Made by a program: the position numbers and the translations under genes. The notes beneath the pieces are model-generated. The model did no database searches, was not told the origin of the DNA, and worked only from the letters and a program-made list of their open reading frames with translations. Positions 43,901 to 52,463 of a DNA stretch of 64,000 nucleotides are shown here, piece after piece. The stretch's first letter is position 1; each line of letters opens with the position of its first letter. The DNA lies in contig CAVPGH010000003.1 in NCBI GenBank assembly GCA_963703985.1, forward strand, positions 1,734 to 65,733. Reading direction: 5' to 3'. Origin of the DNA: an uncultured Acidobacteriota bacterium. Lineage in GTDB: Bacteria; Acidobacteriota; Vicinamibacteria; Fen-336.

Positions 43901-44845
43901 AACCAGGTCGGGGCCGAGGGCAAGGGGGAGAGCGTCTGGAACGGCTGGTTCATGCTGGCGACCCTGCGCGAATTCGCCGGCTTGGCCGAGCAGCGCGGGG
44001 ACGCCGCGAGGGCGGCCTGGTGCCGGGAGCGGGCCGAGGCGCTGCGGCAAGCGTTGGAGGAGCACGCGTGGGATGGCGGCTGGTACCGGCGGGCCTATTT
44101 CGACGATGGTACCCCGCTCGGTTCGGCGCAGAACGACGAGTGTCAGATTGATTCGATCCCCCAGTCGTGGGCGGTGATCTCCGGTGCCGGCGACCCGGAA
44201 CGGGCCCGCCAGGCGATGGCGGCCGTCGAAGAGCGCCTGGTCCGTGATGCGGATCAGATGATCCTGCTGTTCGCGCCGCCCTTCGATCGCGGCTCGCTCG
44301 AGCCCGGCTACATCAAGGGCTACGTGCCGGGCATCCGCGAAAACGGCGGGCAGTACACGCACGCCGCCACCTGGGTGGTGTTGGCGACGGCCCTGCTGGG
44401 CCGGGGCGAGCGCGCGCTGGAGCTGTTCGGCCTGCTCAACCCCGTCCGACATGCCGCCACCCCCGAAGAGGTCACGCGCTACATGGTGGAGCCCTACGTA
44501 ATGGCGGCAGACGTTTACGGGACGCCTCCGCATACGGGCCGGGGCGGCTGGACCTGGTACACCGGCGCGGCCGGCTGGCTGTACCGCGTCGGTCTGGAGG
44601 CAATCCTCGGCTTCCGCCGACGGGGCGACCGGCTGAAGATCGAGCCCTGCGTCGCGCCGGACTGGCCGCGTTACGAGCTCACGTACCGCCACCGCTCGGC
44701 GACCTACCACATCATCGTGGAGAATGCAGCGGGCACGGGCCGTGGCGTCCGGGCCGTCACGCTGGACGCGACGGACGTGCCCGATGGTGAGATCACGCTG
44801 GTGGATGACGGGAAAGCCCACGCGGTCAGAGTCGAACTGGGTTGA
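40931..44845 (+). CDS. GH94 glycoside phosphorylase, colinear with the C-terminal half of cyclic beta-1,2-glucan synthase (NdvB/Cgs)
   Basis: About 1304 aa from GTG 40931, with AGGAG 7 nt upstream. Motifs present: LLSNGRYSVVLTQAGSGYSTYEGLDVTRWREDATSDCWGQYCYIRD, GFRDQLQDAMAL and the catalytic-type GTGDWNDGMN. The start is uncertain, since the ORF is open from 40811. Confidence 0.85.
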   Translation: MGHSSPGSAAQPTSPRRRGAAADTSPPNVCLLSNGRYSVVLTQAGSGYSTYEGLDVTRWREDATSDCWGQYCYIRDLDGGRAWSAGRQPLGGNADDYEAILGSDRAVFRRRDADIETRYEVAVAADADAEVRRITLTNHGAGPRTLDVTSYVEIALNHRRADQAHPAFAKLFLETEYLPAPPTLLCRRRPRARDQKPIWALHVLAGPEGAPGTAVGGIEYETDRARFLGRGHSPARPAALDWGVTLSGTVGPVLDPVLSLRRRVRLLPGASAVLAFGTAAVTDRDEGVVLARRFKDLAEVERTFEQARIQDQTALAALGITHEDVARFQRLAAHVLFTGPTLRSPASVTANHLGQPGLWPHAISGDLPIVLARLAGIDELALAGELLRAHAYWRGCGLVADLVLLNDAGPPDELHHALEKLVRLGPTAELSDKPGGVFLKAAARMPAADVILLEAAARAILRGDQGMLAAQLERAPTPAALPADLPVSGATPAGISGKPAAADEELLFANGLGGFTPDGREYVLALRGRERPPAPWSNVLANPGFGCLITEAGAGYTWAVNAQMNRLTPWSNDPVADPAGEALYLRDEETGEFWTPAPGPCGGEATTVIRHGQGYTRFNRTSHGLEQDLLVLVSPADPVKLVRLRVINRTDRRRRLSATFYAEWVLGVLRDQAPLQVVCTLDPESGALFARNAWAGDFAGRVAFADVGRRPRSFTTSRTEFLGPNGTPESPAALGRARLSDRAGELGDPCAALMTGLELPPGEEDDAVFLLGQAESEDEARRLVRFYGEAGRAQQVLKEVQAGWDRVLGAIVVRTPDPALDLMLNRWLIYQALACRVWGRSGFYQSGGAFGFRDQLQDAMALVYGAVEESRAQILRAAARQFEEGDVQHWWHPPAGRGVRTRITDDLYFLPFVTCHYVATTGDAGLLDERVPFLRAPVLKPDQEEEYGLPDVSDVTGTVYEHCVRALEQGLRIGPHGLPLMGTGDWNDGMNQVGAEGKGESVWNGWFMLATLREFAGLAEQRGDAARAAWCRERAEALRQALEEHAWDGGWYRRAYFDDGTPLGSAQNDECQIDSIPQSWAVISGAGDPERARQAMAAVEERLVRDADQMILLFAPPFDRGSLEPGYIKGYVPGIRENGGQYTHAATWVVLATALLGRGERALELFGLLNPVRHAATPEEVTRYMVEPYVMAADVYGTPPHTGRGGWTWYTGAAGWLYRVGLEAILGFRRRGDRLKIEPCVAPDWPRYELTYRHRSATYHIIVENAAGTGRGVRAVTLDATDVPDGEITLVDDGKAHAVRVELG

Positions 44846-44865
44846 GCGGCGCGAAGGGAGACGCG

Positions 44866-46185
44866 ATGGGCGACCAGCCGCAGGCGGGGGAGGACCTGGA
44901 CCGGCTGCCGACGGACCAGGAACTCGGCCGGCTGCAGTGGACCACGGTGCTGTACTATCTGCACGAGACCAACCCGGACAACGGGCTGGTCCGTGACAAG
45001 ACCGACCCGGCCGCTCCCTGCAGCATCGCCGCTGTCGGCCTGGCCCTGGCGACGACCCCGGCAACGGTCGAGCGCGGCGTGATCGTCCGCAAGTTCGCGG
45101 CGAAGATCGCCCGCCGCGGACTCCGTAGCCTCTTCGACCTCCCGCAGGGGCCGGGGCCTGACACCGCCGGGCACAAGGGCTTCTTCTACCACTTCCTCGA
45201 CATCGACACGGGCCGCCGCGTCTGGAACTGCGAGCTGTCCACGCTCGACTCGGCCTTCCTGTTCGCCGGCGCGCTGACCTGCGCCACCTACTTCGACGCC
45301 GACACGGAGGACGAGGCCGAGGTCCGCCGTCTGGCCGATGCGCTCTACCGCCGGGCCGACTGGGACTGGGCGCGCGACGGCGGCCCGACGCTCACCCACG
45401 GCTGGAAGCCCGAGACCGGCTTCCTGCCGCACCGCTACGAGGGGTACGACGAGGGGCTCTTGCTGTACCTCCTCGCCCTCGGCTCGCCGACTCACCCACT
45501 TCCGCCGGAGAGCTACGACGCTTACTGCGCCACTTACCAATGGAAGGAGATCTACGGCCGCGAGCTGCTCTACTCGGGGCCGCTCTTCACCCACCAGCTC
45601 TCGCACCTGTGGGTCGATTTCCGCGGCATTCGCGATGCCTTCATGCGCCAGCGCGGCAGCGACTACTTCGAGAACAGCCGGCAGGCGACCTTTGTGCAGC
45701 AGGAGTACGCCGTCCGGAACCCGCTGGAGTTCGAGGGCTACGGGAAGCACTGTTGGGGGTTCACGGCCTGTGACGGCCCGGGCTGGATCAAGCGCGCCGT
45801 GAACGGGGTCGAGCGGGAGTTTTACGGCTACATCGCCCGCGGCGCCCCGTTCGGCCCCGACGACGGCACCGTCGCTCCGTGGGTCGTGGTCGCCTCGCTG
45901 CCGTTCGCCCCGGAAATCGTCATCCCGACTGTCCGCCAGTTCGCCAGGCTGAACCTGGGAATGACCGCCCCCTATGGGTTCAAGCCGTCGTTCAACCAGA
46001 CCTTCACCGTGGAAGACAGCCCGACCGGCTGGTGGGTCACCCCTTGCCACTTTGGCATCGACCAGGGACCGGTAGTGCTGATGGTCGAGAACTACCGCTC
46101 CGGTCTGGTCTGGGACATCATGCGCCGCTGCCCCGCCGTAATCGCGGGGCTGCGGCGAGCTGGGTTCACCGGCGGCTGGCTGTGA
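44866..46185 (+). CDS. glycoamylase-like (PF10091; GH144 endo-beta-1,2-glucanase-like) protein, no signal peptide
   Basis: About 439 aa from ATG 44866 (GGGAG RBS); an alternative TTG at 44842 overlaps the GH94 stop. Motifs present: GFFYHFLDIDTGRRVWNCELSTLDSAFLFAGAL, LFTHQLSHLWVDFRGIRD and WGFTACDGPG. Confidence 0.8.
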   Translation: MGDQPQAGEDLDRLPTDQELGRLQWTTVLYYLHETNPDNGLVRDKTDPAAPCSIAAVGLALATTPATVERGVIVRKFAAKIARRGLRSLFDLPQGPGPDTAGHKGFFYHFLDIDTGRRVWNCELSTLDSAFLFAGALTCATYFDADTEDEAEVRRLADALYRRADWDWARDGGPTLTHGWKPETGFLPHRYEGYDEGLLLYLLALGSPTHPLPPESYDAYCATYQWKEIYGRELLYSGPLFTHQLSHLWVDFRGIRDAFMRQRGSDYFENSRQATFVQQEYAVRNPLEFEGYGKHCWGFTACDGPGWIKRAVNGVEREFYGYIARGAPFGPDDGTVAPWVVVASLPFAPEIVIPTVRQFARLNLGMTAPYGFKPSFNQTFTVEDSPTGWWVTPCHFGIDQGPVVLMVENYRSGLVWDIMRRCPAVIAGLRRAGFTGGWL

Positions 46186-46440
46186 AAGGATAGGCGGATT
46201 TCGTGGAGGCGCTGCGGGCGAACAAGGAGCCTCAGTACGAGCTCAGGCGCGCGCGGCGCGACCTGGAGCTCGTGGAGGCGATCTAAGCGTCGGCCGCGAA
46301 GAGCGCGGCTTCGGGAGCGTGACGAACGTGATGGCAACGACGACGATCGGGACGGTCGTGGCGGCGCTCGGGGTGGGAACGGCCGCGGGCGCCCACACAG
46401 CGAAGGACTGGGGGCGGCGCCTCGCGATTGCGGCCGGTGT

Positions 46441-46506
46441 CCCGCTCGATCTTCCGGTTCCCGGCCAGTCGTACACCTTCTGCGTCGTCAAGGCCGCCCA
46501 GGCCTG
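46441..46506 (+). pseudogene. 66-nt fragment of the pgi 3' region, duplicated from 31991-32056
   Basis: ccgctcgatcttccggttcccggccagtcgtacaccttc(t/g)gcgtcgtcaaggccgcccaggcc is nearly identical to 31991-32053 (encoding PLDLPVPGQSYTFGVVKAAQA). Confidence 0.85.
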
Positions 46507-46554
46507 AGGCGATTTCCACGTCCAGCCGGAAAACCGGTTTGGGGAAGGTCGGTC

Positions 46555-46812
46555 ATGGATGACAGGACGATGAAGGCGGCGGTGGTCCACGAATTCGGCA
46601 AGCCGCTGGCGATCGAGGAAGTCGAGGTCCCGCGTCCCGGCGCCGGCGAGGTCCTGGTCAGGATCCGGGCGAGCGGTGTCGGCGTCCGCCACGTCAAGGA
46701 GGGCGACCGCGTCGGCATCTCCACGGACGCCCTGGAGAACGTCAACGGCGTGTTCGCGCGCATGCGCAAGGGCGGGATCGAAGGCCGAGTGGTGCTCGAT
46801 CTGGGAGCGTGA
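46555..46812 (+). pseudogene. adh: mosaic, internally deleted copy of the alcohol dehydrogenase gene (85-aa in-frame relic)
   Basis: [35 protein letters not shown](R)IRA + [13 protein letters not shown] + STDALENVN(G)[20 protein letters not shown] correspond to residues 1-38, ~78-90 and 314-343 of the gene at 32238-33269. The same RBS and the same downstream 40 nt are retained. Confidence 0.9.
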
Positions 46813-46906
46813 CGAGTGTCTCAGATGGCGGTGAGGACCTTCCCGGATCCGTGGTGATGGTGTTCGGCGCCGGAGTGGCGGCGGCGTGCTACCCCCGAGC
46901 GTGGTG

Positions 46907-47632
46907 ATGGCCCGCCTCCTCATCCTGGGCGCTACCGGGTCGCTCGGTCGCCACGTGCTGCGTCAGGCGCTCGCCGCCGGCCATGAGGTCACGGTCTTCG
47001 TCCGAACGCCGTCCAAGCTGCCGCCCGAAGCGGGCGGGCGAGTTTCCGTCCACACAGGCGACCTCGAGGCCTCCGCGCCCGTCGATCTCGTCAGAGGGCA
47101 GGACGCGCTCGTCAATTGCGCCGGCCACGTCGCCGGCGGCGACGCGTTCGTTGGCCTTTTCGACCGGCTCGTCACCGGGGTGGATTCGCTTCCTCCAGCG
47201 GAGCAGCCGGTCTGCTGGTTGCTGGCAGGCGCGGCGCTCCTCGATCTCGATTCGTCCGGCCGCCGCGGCGTCGAGCTGCCCAAGGTGAAGTCCACCTACT
47301 GGCCTCACCGTGTCAACTTCGAGCGGTTGGGCCGCTCGCGCCTGGACTGGCGACTTCTATGTCCCGGGCCGATGGTCGATGAGCCGGCGCTCGGGCTGGA
47401 TCGGCTGCGCATCTCGCTCGATATCCTGCCCGTTCAGGTTCCCGCATACGCTCGCGTTCTGCCGGGCCCGTTGTTCCTGCCGGTCTTCGCGTCGCTGATT
47501 CCGCAGATGATCGTGCCTTACGCAGATGCGGCGGCCCTCACGCTCGCCAACCTCGATCGCGCGAACGCCATGTCGCGCCATCGCATCGGGATGGCGCTGC
47601 CCGTCGGCATGCGCGGCCGGAAGTCGCAGTAG
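46907..47632 (+). CDS. NAD(P)H-binding (NmrA/BVR-B-like, atypical SDR) protein
   Basis: 241 aa. It has the N-terminal Rossmann motif MARLLILGATGSLGRHVLRQALAAGHEVTVFVR. Confidence 0.8.
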   Translation: MARLLILGATGSLGRHVLRQALAAGHEVTVFVRTPSKLPPEAGGRVSVHTGDLEASAPVDLVRGQDALVNCAGHVAGGDAFVGLFDRLVTGVDSLPPAEQPVCWLLAGAALLDLDSSGRRGVELPKVKSTYWPHRVNFERLGRSRLDWRLLCPGPMVDEPALGLDRLRISLDILPVQVPAYARVLPGPLFLPVFASLIPQMIVPYADAAALTLANLDRANAMSRHRIGMALPVGMRGRKSQ

Positions 47633-47716
47633 TTGGCGGCACCGCACCCAAGGCGATGAGACCGGGAACCCTCAGCGTGCCCGACGCTTCCGCTGGCTCG
47701 TGCCGCGCACGGTCGG

Positions 47717-49105
47717 CTAGCGTCCGTCCGCGTGGAGCGCGGCGGGGTCCACGCCGCGCACGTCACGCTCGTGGCAATTGGCGGTTACGTTCGCGGCGGT
47801 GCTCACCTCGTCCTCGAGGTCGAAATCGGTGAACCTGGGTCCCGTGATCAGCCGCGCCCCCCGGGAGAACGTCAGGTCCTGGATCCCCCACTTGATGAAG
47901 ACCAAGATGCGACTCTGGAACTGCACGAGGTACGCGAGGTGGATGAAGGCCCACGCGATCCAGGCCGGGAGGCCCCAGAGGTGGACCCCGAACGCGTTCG
48001 CGACGGCCGCCCACCGGCCGATCACGGCCAGGCTGCCCTTGTCGAAGTACTTGAACGGCGGCAGTGGCGGCTTTCCGCGTACCTTGCGGACGATGTCCTG
48101 CGCCGCGTATGTGCCTTGCTGCATCGCGACCTGGGCCACGCCGGCGAGCGGCTTGCCGCTCGCGTCGATCGAGAGGGCCATGTCGCCGATGACGTAGACG
48201 TCCGGATGGCCGGGAGTGGTGAGGTCCGGGCCGACCTTGATCCGGCCGCCCTTGTCCGTCTCCGCGCAGGTCCGCTTCGCGAGCGTCCGCGCCAGCGGCG
48301 TCACCGTAACGCCTCCGGCCCAGATCACCGTCCGCGCGTCCAGACGCACGAGGCCGTCGCGGCCCTGGTACGTCAAGCCTTCCTTGTCGACGCTCTTGAC
48401 CAGGACGCCGGTCCGGACCTCGACGCCCAGCCGCGCGAGTGTGCGCGACGCCTTGTGCGACAGATCGTCCGGGAATGGCGGGAGCACGCGCGGCGCACCC
48501 CCCACCAGGATGATCCGCGCTTCGCCGGGATCGATCGAACGGAAGTCATGGCGCAGGGTCTGGCGCGCGATCTCCGCGATCGCGCCCGCGACCTCCACGC
48601 CGGTGGGGCCCGCGCCCACGATCACGAACGTGAGCCAGGCGCGCCGCTGCTCGGGCTCGACGATCCGCTCCGCGACCTCGAACGCGTAGAAGATCTTGTG
48701 CCGGACGCCGGTGGCCTCCTCGATGCTCTTGAGGCTCGGCGCCCATTCGCGCCACTCGTCGTGGCCGTGATAGGAGCTCTGCGAGCCCGTGGCCGCGATC
48801 AGCGAGTCGTATTCGAGGCGGGCGCCGTCCGCGAGCCGCACGATCTTTGAGGCGGGATCGATGTCCACGACGTCGCCCAGAAGGACGCGCGTGTTCTCCT
48901 GGCGGCTCAGCACGCTCCGCAGCGGCGCCGCGATCTCGCCCGGTGAGAGCGAGCCGGTCGCGACCTGATAGAGCAGCGGTTGAAAAAGATGAAAGTTGCG
49001 TCTGTCGATCAGGGTCACGTCCACGGGCGCTCCCTTGAGCGCCCTCGCGGCGCGGAGTCCGCCGAAACCGCCGCCAATGATGATCACGCGGTGTTCGTGG
49101 CTCAT
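47717..49105 (-). CDS. ndh: type II NADH dehydrogenase (NDH-2; FAD pyridine-nucleotide-disulfide oxidoreductase)
   Basis: 462 aa from ATG 49105. Two dinucleotide-binding motifs are present (VIIIGGGFGGLRAA and FVIVGAGPTGVEVAGA). The sequence also contains RNFHLFQPLLYQVATG and a C-terminal membrane-anchoring region. Confidence 0.92.
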   Translation of the reverse strand: MSHEHRVIIIGGGFGGLRAARALKGAPVDVTLIDRRNFHLFQPLLYQVATGSLSPGEIAAPLRSVLSRQENTRVLLGDVVDIDPASKIVRLADGARLEYDSLIAATGSQSSYHGHDEWREWAPSLKSIEEATGVRHKIFYAFEVAERIVEPEQRRAWLTFVIVGAGPTGVEVAGAIAEIARQTLRHDFRSIDPGEARIILVGGAPRVLPPFPDDLSHKASRTLARLGVEVRTGVLVKSVDKEGLTYQGRDGLVRLDARTVIWAGGVTVTPLARTLAKRTCAETDKGGRIKVGPDLTTPGHPDVYVIGDMALSIDASGKPLAGVAQVAMQQGTYAAQDIVRKVRGKPPLPPFKYFDKGSLAVIGRWAAVANAFGVHLWGLPAWIAWAFIHLAYLVQFQSRILVFIKWGIQDLTFSRGARLITGPRFTDFDLEDEVSTAANVTANCHERDVRGVDPAALHADGR

Positions 49106-49427
49106 CTCTCCCGCCTCGGCGCGGTCTAAGAGCAAGGCGCGGGCCAGGGCTGAGGGTGCCGGCAGGCGGCAGTGGCGAGCCGGTGCTTTATCGGTGATTT
49201 CGCGTTCCAGCCCGCGCGTTGCGAGATTCCCCGCCGGCACTCTCTTGCTGACGTCGTCGAGATTTAGGGAACGGACGCGGTGGCCCCCGCCGCGCAACGC
49301 TGACACGCGCCGCGCATCGCGGACATCAGTTCTCTTCCAACGCCACCACCGCCCCCGGCCGTCGGGCCTCGTTGCGGTTCCACCACGATGGCGGTCGGAC
49401 GGGGCTTCGTTCATCGAGCCACCGGGC

Positions 49428-49800
49428 TCACTCGAGGCCGAAGAGGCGGCGGCGCACCAGCTCGAATATCGTGGGCGCGATCGCAAAACCCGTCAGCACC
49501 CCGACGGGATGGCGGCCGGGATCCCCATCGGGGCATAGCCCACTGTCGCGACGACGCCCTCGAGCAGTGCGGTCAGGAAGAGCCCGCGCACGACGGCGAC
49601 GGCGTCGTCGCGCGTCCGCTCGAAGAGGCACTGGGTGTCCTCGGCGTGCAGCGGGAGAGGCTGGCCCAGCCGCTCGACATACTCCGGGTCGTCACGGAGC
49701 AGGAAGCACGTGATCAGCGCGCAGAAGAGGAGGGCGACTACCCCGCCATGCATGAGTTGCGCGAGGCCCTGGGCCGCCCAGTCGGCGAGCTGGTCTAGGC
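49428..49800 (-). pseudogene. AI-2E (PerM/UPF0118) family transporter, internal fragment with frameshift
   Basis: LDQLADWAAQGLAQLMHGGVVALLFCALITCFLLRDDPEYVERLGQPLP...RGLFLTALLEGVVATVGYAPMGIPAAIP continues in another frame as VGVLTGFAIAP... It covers only ~130 aa of a family that is normally ~350 aa. Confidence 0.55.
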
Positions 49801-49978
49801 CCCCTGCGCAGAGAGTCGTCGAGCCGACCCTCGTGGATGGCTTGGCCGGCCTCCATCCAGCGGGACAGCGCACGTCGAAAGCTTTACGCCTGGCCGCCCT
49901 CCGTCCAGATCAGGAGGGCGAACGGGCAGGAGAACCAGGGTCAGGATCGCGAGGTCCGTCGGCCGCGCACGCGGTCGG

Positions 49979-50180
49979 TTACAGCCGGGGCCAGCGCTGT
50001 CCCATCCAGCCGTAGACCGGGTAGGTGGTGATCGACAGGTTGCCGGCCAGGACGATGGGGCGGACGAACGGAAGAAGGATCGCCAGGGCGCCGAGCAACA
50101 CCAGGAAGACCGCTGAAGAGGCCCAAGACTACTCCAGAGAGGGTCGTCGCGAATCCGCAACCAACCCCTCCGAAGATCAC
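49979..50180 (-). pseudogene. small two-TM membrane protein, frameshifted; family not recognised
   Basis: VIFGGVGCGFATTLSGVVLGLFSG is followed, after a +1 shift at ~50090, by FLVLLGALAILLPFVRPIVLAGNLSITTYPVYGWMGQRWPRL*. The call rests only on hydrophobic pattern and GC3. Confidence 0.3.
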
Positions 50181-50357
50181 CGGACACTCGACCCCGGGTC
50201 GGCTCTAGAGGCCTGAAAACAAAGCCCTTGGCCCGGATCCGTGCCGCCTCGACACCCTGGCCTGCCCATTGCACCACCCCCGGAGGGTTCAGGCATCGAA
50301 GCAGGGAGCACGGATGAGTCCAACCTTCAGGCGGGCGAGCCTCCAAGCGAGTTGCCG

Positions 50358-51242
50358 ATGGGCGTGAGCAGGGTCGGTATCGTCGGGGCGGGAACGATGG
50401 GCCAGGGCATCGCCACCGCCTGCGCGGAGGCCGGCCTCGAGGTCCTGCTCTCGGACCGGGCGGCCGACATCGCGGCGCGCGCCGTCGAGGAGATTGCGCA
50501 GGACCTCGACCGCGACATCGCGAAATGGCGGCACACCCCCTCGGAGAAGAAGGCCATCCTCGGGCGCCTGCGGGCCGTGGACGGCCTCCAGCCCCTCGAG
50601 CGGGCCGACCTCGTGATCGAGGCCGTGCCCGACGAGCTCGCTCTCAAGGTCCGGATCTTCGCCGAGCTCGACCGCGCCTGCCCGCCCGCGACCATCCTCG
50701 CCACCAACACGTCGACCCTGTCCGTGACAGAGATCGCGGCCCACACCAAGCGGCCGGAGCGCGTGATCGGCCTGCACTTCCAGAACCCCGGGACCCGGGC
50801 GCCTCTCGTTGAGATCGTCCGCGGGCTCAAGACCTCCGACGCCGCCCTCGCAACGGCCCGGCAGGTCGTCCAGGCGCTGGGGAAGAGGGGCATCGAGGTC
50901 TTCGAGTACCCCGGCTATGTCACGACCCGAGTGATCGTGCCGTTCGTGAACGAGGCCATGCACGTGGTCATGGAAGGAGTCGCCACCGCGGAGGCCGTGG
51001 ACACGGCCGTGAAGCTCGGCTATGGCCTTCCCGTCGGCCCCTTGACCCTGGCCGACCGGGTGGGCCTCGACGAGCTCCTGCGCTGGATGCAGCACCTCTT
51101 CAAGGAGCTCGGGGACTTCAAGTATCGGCCCTGCCCGCTCCTGCGCCAGATGGTCCGGGCGGGCCATCTCGGAGTGAAGTCCGGAAGAGGCTTCTTCGAG
51201 TACGACGACAACGGCCAGGTCAAGAGGACGGAGAAGACATGA
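50358..51242 (+). CDS. hbd: 3-hydroxybutyryl-CoA / 3-hydroxyacyl-CoA dehydrogenase
   Basis: 294 aa. Motifs present: VGIVGAGTMGQGIA, NTSTLSVTEIA and PGYVTTRVIVPFVNEA. Confidence 0.9.
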   Translation: MGVSRVGIVGAGTMGQGIATACAEAGLEVLLSDRAADIAARAVEEIAQDLDRDIAKWRHTPSEKKAILGRLRAVDGLQPLERADLVIEAVPDELALKVRIFAELDRACPPATILATNTSTLSVTEIAAHTKRPERVIGLHFQNPGTRAPLVEIVRGLKTSDAALATARQVVQALGKRGIEVFEYPGYVTTRVIVPFVNEAMHVVMEGVATAEAVDTAVKLGYGLPVGPLTLADRVGLDELLRWMQHLFKELGDFKYRPCPLLRQMVRAGHLGVKSGRGFFEYDDNGQVKRTEKT

Positions 51243-52459
51243 AGGTCCTCGTCGTCAACTGCGGCAGCTCGTCCGTCAAGTTCCAGCTCGTGGAGACGGA
51301 CGCGACGAGCGCCCAGGCCGGCACCGACCGCGCGATCGCGAAGGGCCTCGTCGAGAACGTCGGGGGAACCGCCGTCCTCAAGTTCGAGGTGCCGGGCCGC
51401 AAGCCCGTGAAGGAGACGGCGGACATCCTCGAGCACAAGATCGCGGTGGAGAGGATCCTCGATTTCCTGACCCACGGCGAGAACGGCATCCTCCGCGACC
51501 GCCGCGACATTGACGCCGTCGGCCACCGCGTGGTGCACGGGGGCGAGCGCTTCAAGGCCTCGGTCCTGATCACCGACGACGTCCTCGAAGGGATCGAGGC
51601 CTGCTTCGACATGGCTCCGCTCCACAACCCGCCGAACGTTCGCGGCTACAAGGCGGTCAAGGCGGTGCTCCCCGACGTGCCCCAGGTGGCCGTCTTCGAC
51701 ACCTCGTTCCACCAGACCATGCCCCCCGAGGCCTACATCTACGGGCTCCCCTACGTCCTCTACGAGCGCTACGCGATCCGCCGCTACGGCTTCCACGGGA
51801 CCTCTCACCGCTTCGTCTCCGCGCGCCTGGCCGCCCTCCTCGGTCGCGCGGACGATCCGAGCCTGCGCCTCATCACCTGCCATCTCGGGAACGGCTGCTC
51901 GGTGGCGGCGATAAGGGGCGGTCGGTCGATCGATACGTCGATGGGCTTCACCCCTCTCGAGGGGCTCGTGATGGGGACCCGATCGGGAGACGTGGATCCC
52001 GCGGCTCTCCTCCACGCGGTGGCGCGCGAGGAGATCGGTGCTTTGGAGGTGAACGCGCTGCTCAACAAGCACAGCGGGCTGCTCGGGATCTCCGGGGTCA
52101 GCAACGACATGCGCGCGCTCCTGGAGGCCGAGGCGGCCAACCCCCGCGCCCGCCTCGCCGTGGACGTCTTCTGCTACCGGCTGCGCAAGTACGTCGCCGC
52201 CTACATGGGCGTCCTCGGCGGGGTCGACGGGCTCGCGTTCGCCGGCGGCATCGGGGAGAACGCGCCCGCCATCCGCGCTCGGGCGCTCGCCGGGCTCGAG
52301 GGCCTGGGGATCTCCGTCAGCGAGTCGGCGAACGCGGCCGTCCACGGTTCCGAGGCCGAGATCTCCCCCGCGGGGGCGAGCACGCGCGTGTTCGTCGTGC
52401 CCACGAACGAGGAGCTGCTCATCGCGCGCGACACCTGCGCGATCGTCTCTGGAGGCTAG
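51239..52459 (+). CDS. ackA: acetate kinase
   Basis: 406 aa. Motifs present: MKVLVVNCGSSSVKFQL, HRVVHGG, RYGFHGTSH and FAGGIGEN. The ATG overlaps the hbd stop (ATGA). Confidence 0.95.
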   Translation: MKVLVVNCGSSSVKFQLVETDATSAQAGTDRAIAKGLVENVGGTAVLKFEVPGRKPVKETADILEHKIAVERILDFLTHGENGILRDRRDIDAVGHRVVHGGERFKASVLITDDVLEGIEACFDMAPLHNPPNVRGYKAVKAVLPDVPQVAVFDTSFHQTMPPEAYIYGLPYVLYERYAIRRYGFHGTSHRFVSARLAALLGRADDPSLRLITCHLGNGCSVAAIRGGRSIDTSMGFTPLEGLVMGTRSGDVDPAALLHAVAREEIGALEVNALLNKHSGLLGISGVSNDMRALLEAEAANPRARLAVDVFCYRLRKYVAAYMGVLGGVDGLAFAGGIGENAPAIRARALAGLEGLGISVSESANAAVHGSEAEISPAGASTRVFVVPTNEELLIARDTCAIVSGG

Positions 52460-52463
52460 CCGC

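Larger units (their letters stand above)
46441..46850. repeat. condensed (~410 bp) copy of the 1.3-kb segment 31991-33305 (pgi 3' end, adh, esterase 5' end) with three internal deletions
   Basis: Collinear blocks match: 46441-46515 with 31991-32065; 46516-46675 with ~32205-32360; 46681-46715 with 32469-32505; 46716-46850 with ~33180-33308. Confidence 0.85.

Noticed and set aside
46200-46290. A short C-terminal-looking reading (FVEALRANKEPQYELRRARRDLELVEAI*) just after the GH144-like gene.
   Set aside because: It is too short, has no start and matches no recognised family. It may be another relic, but this is not supportable.
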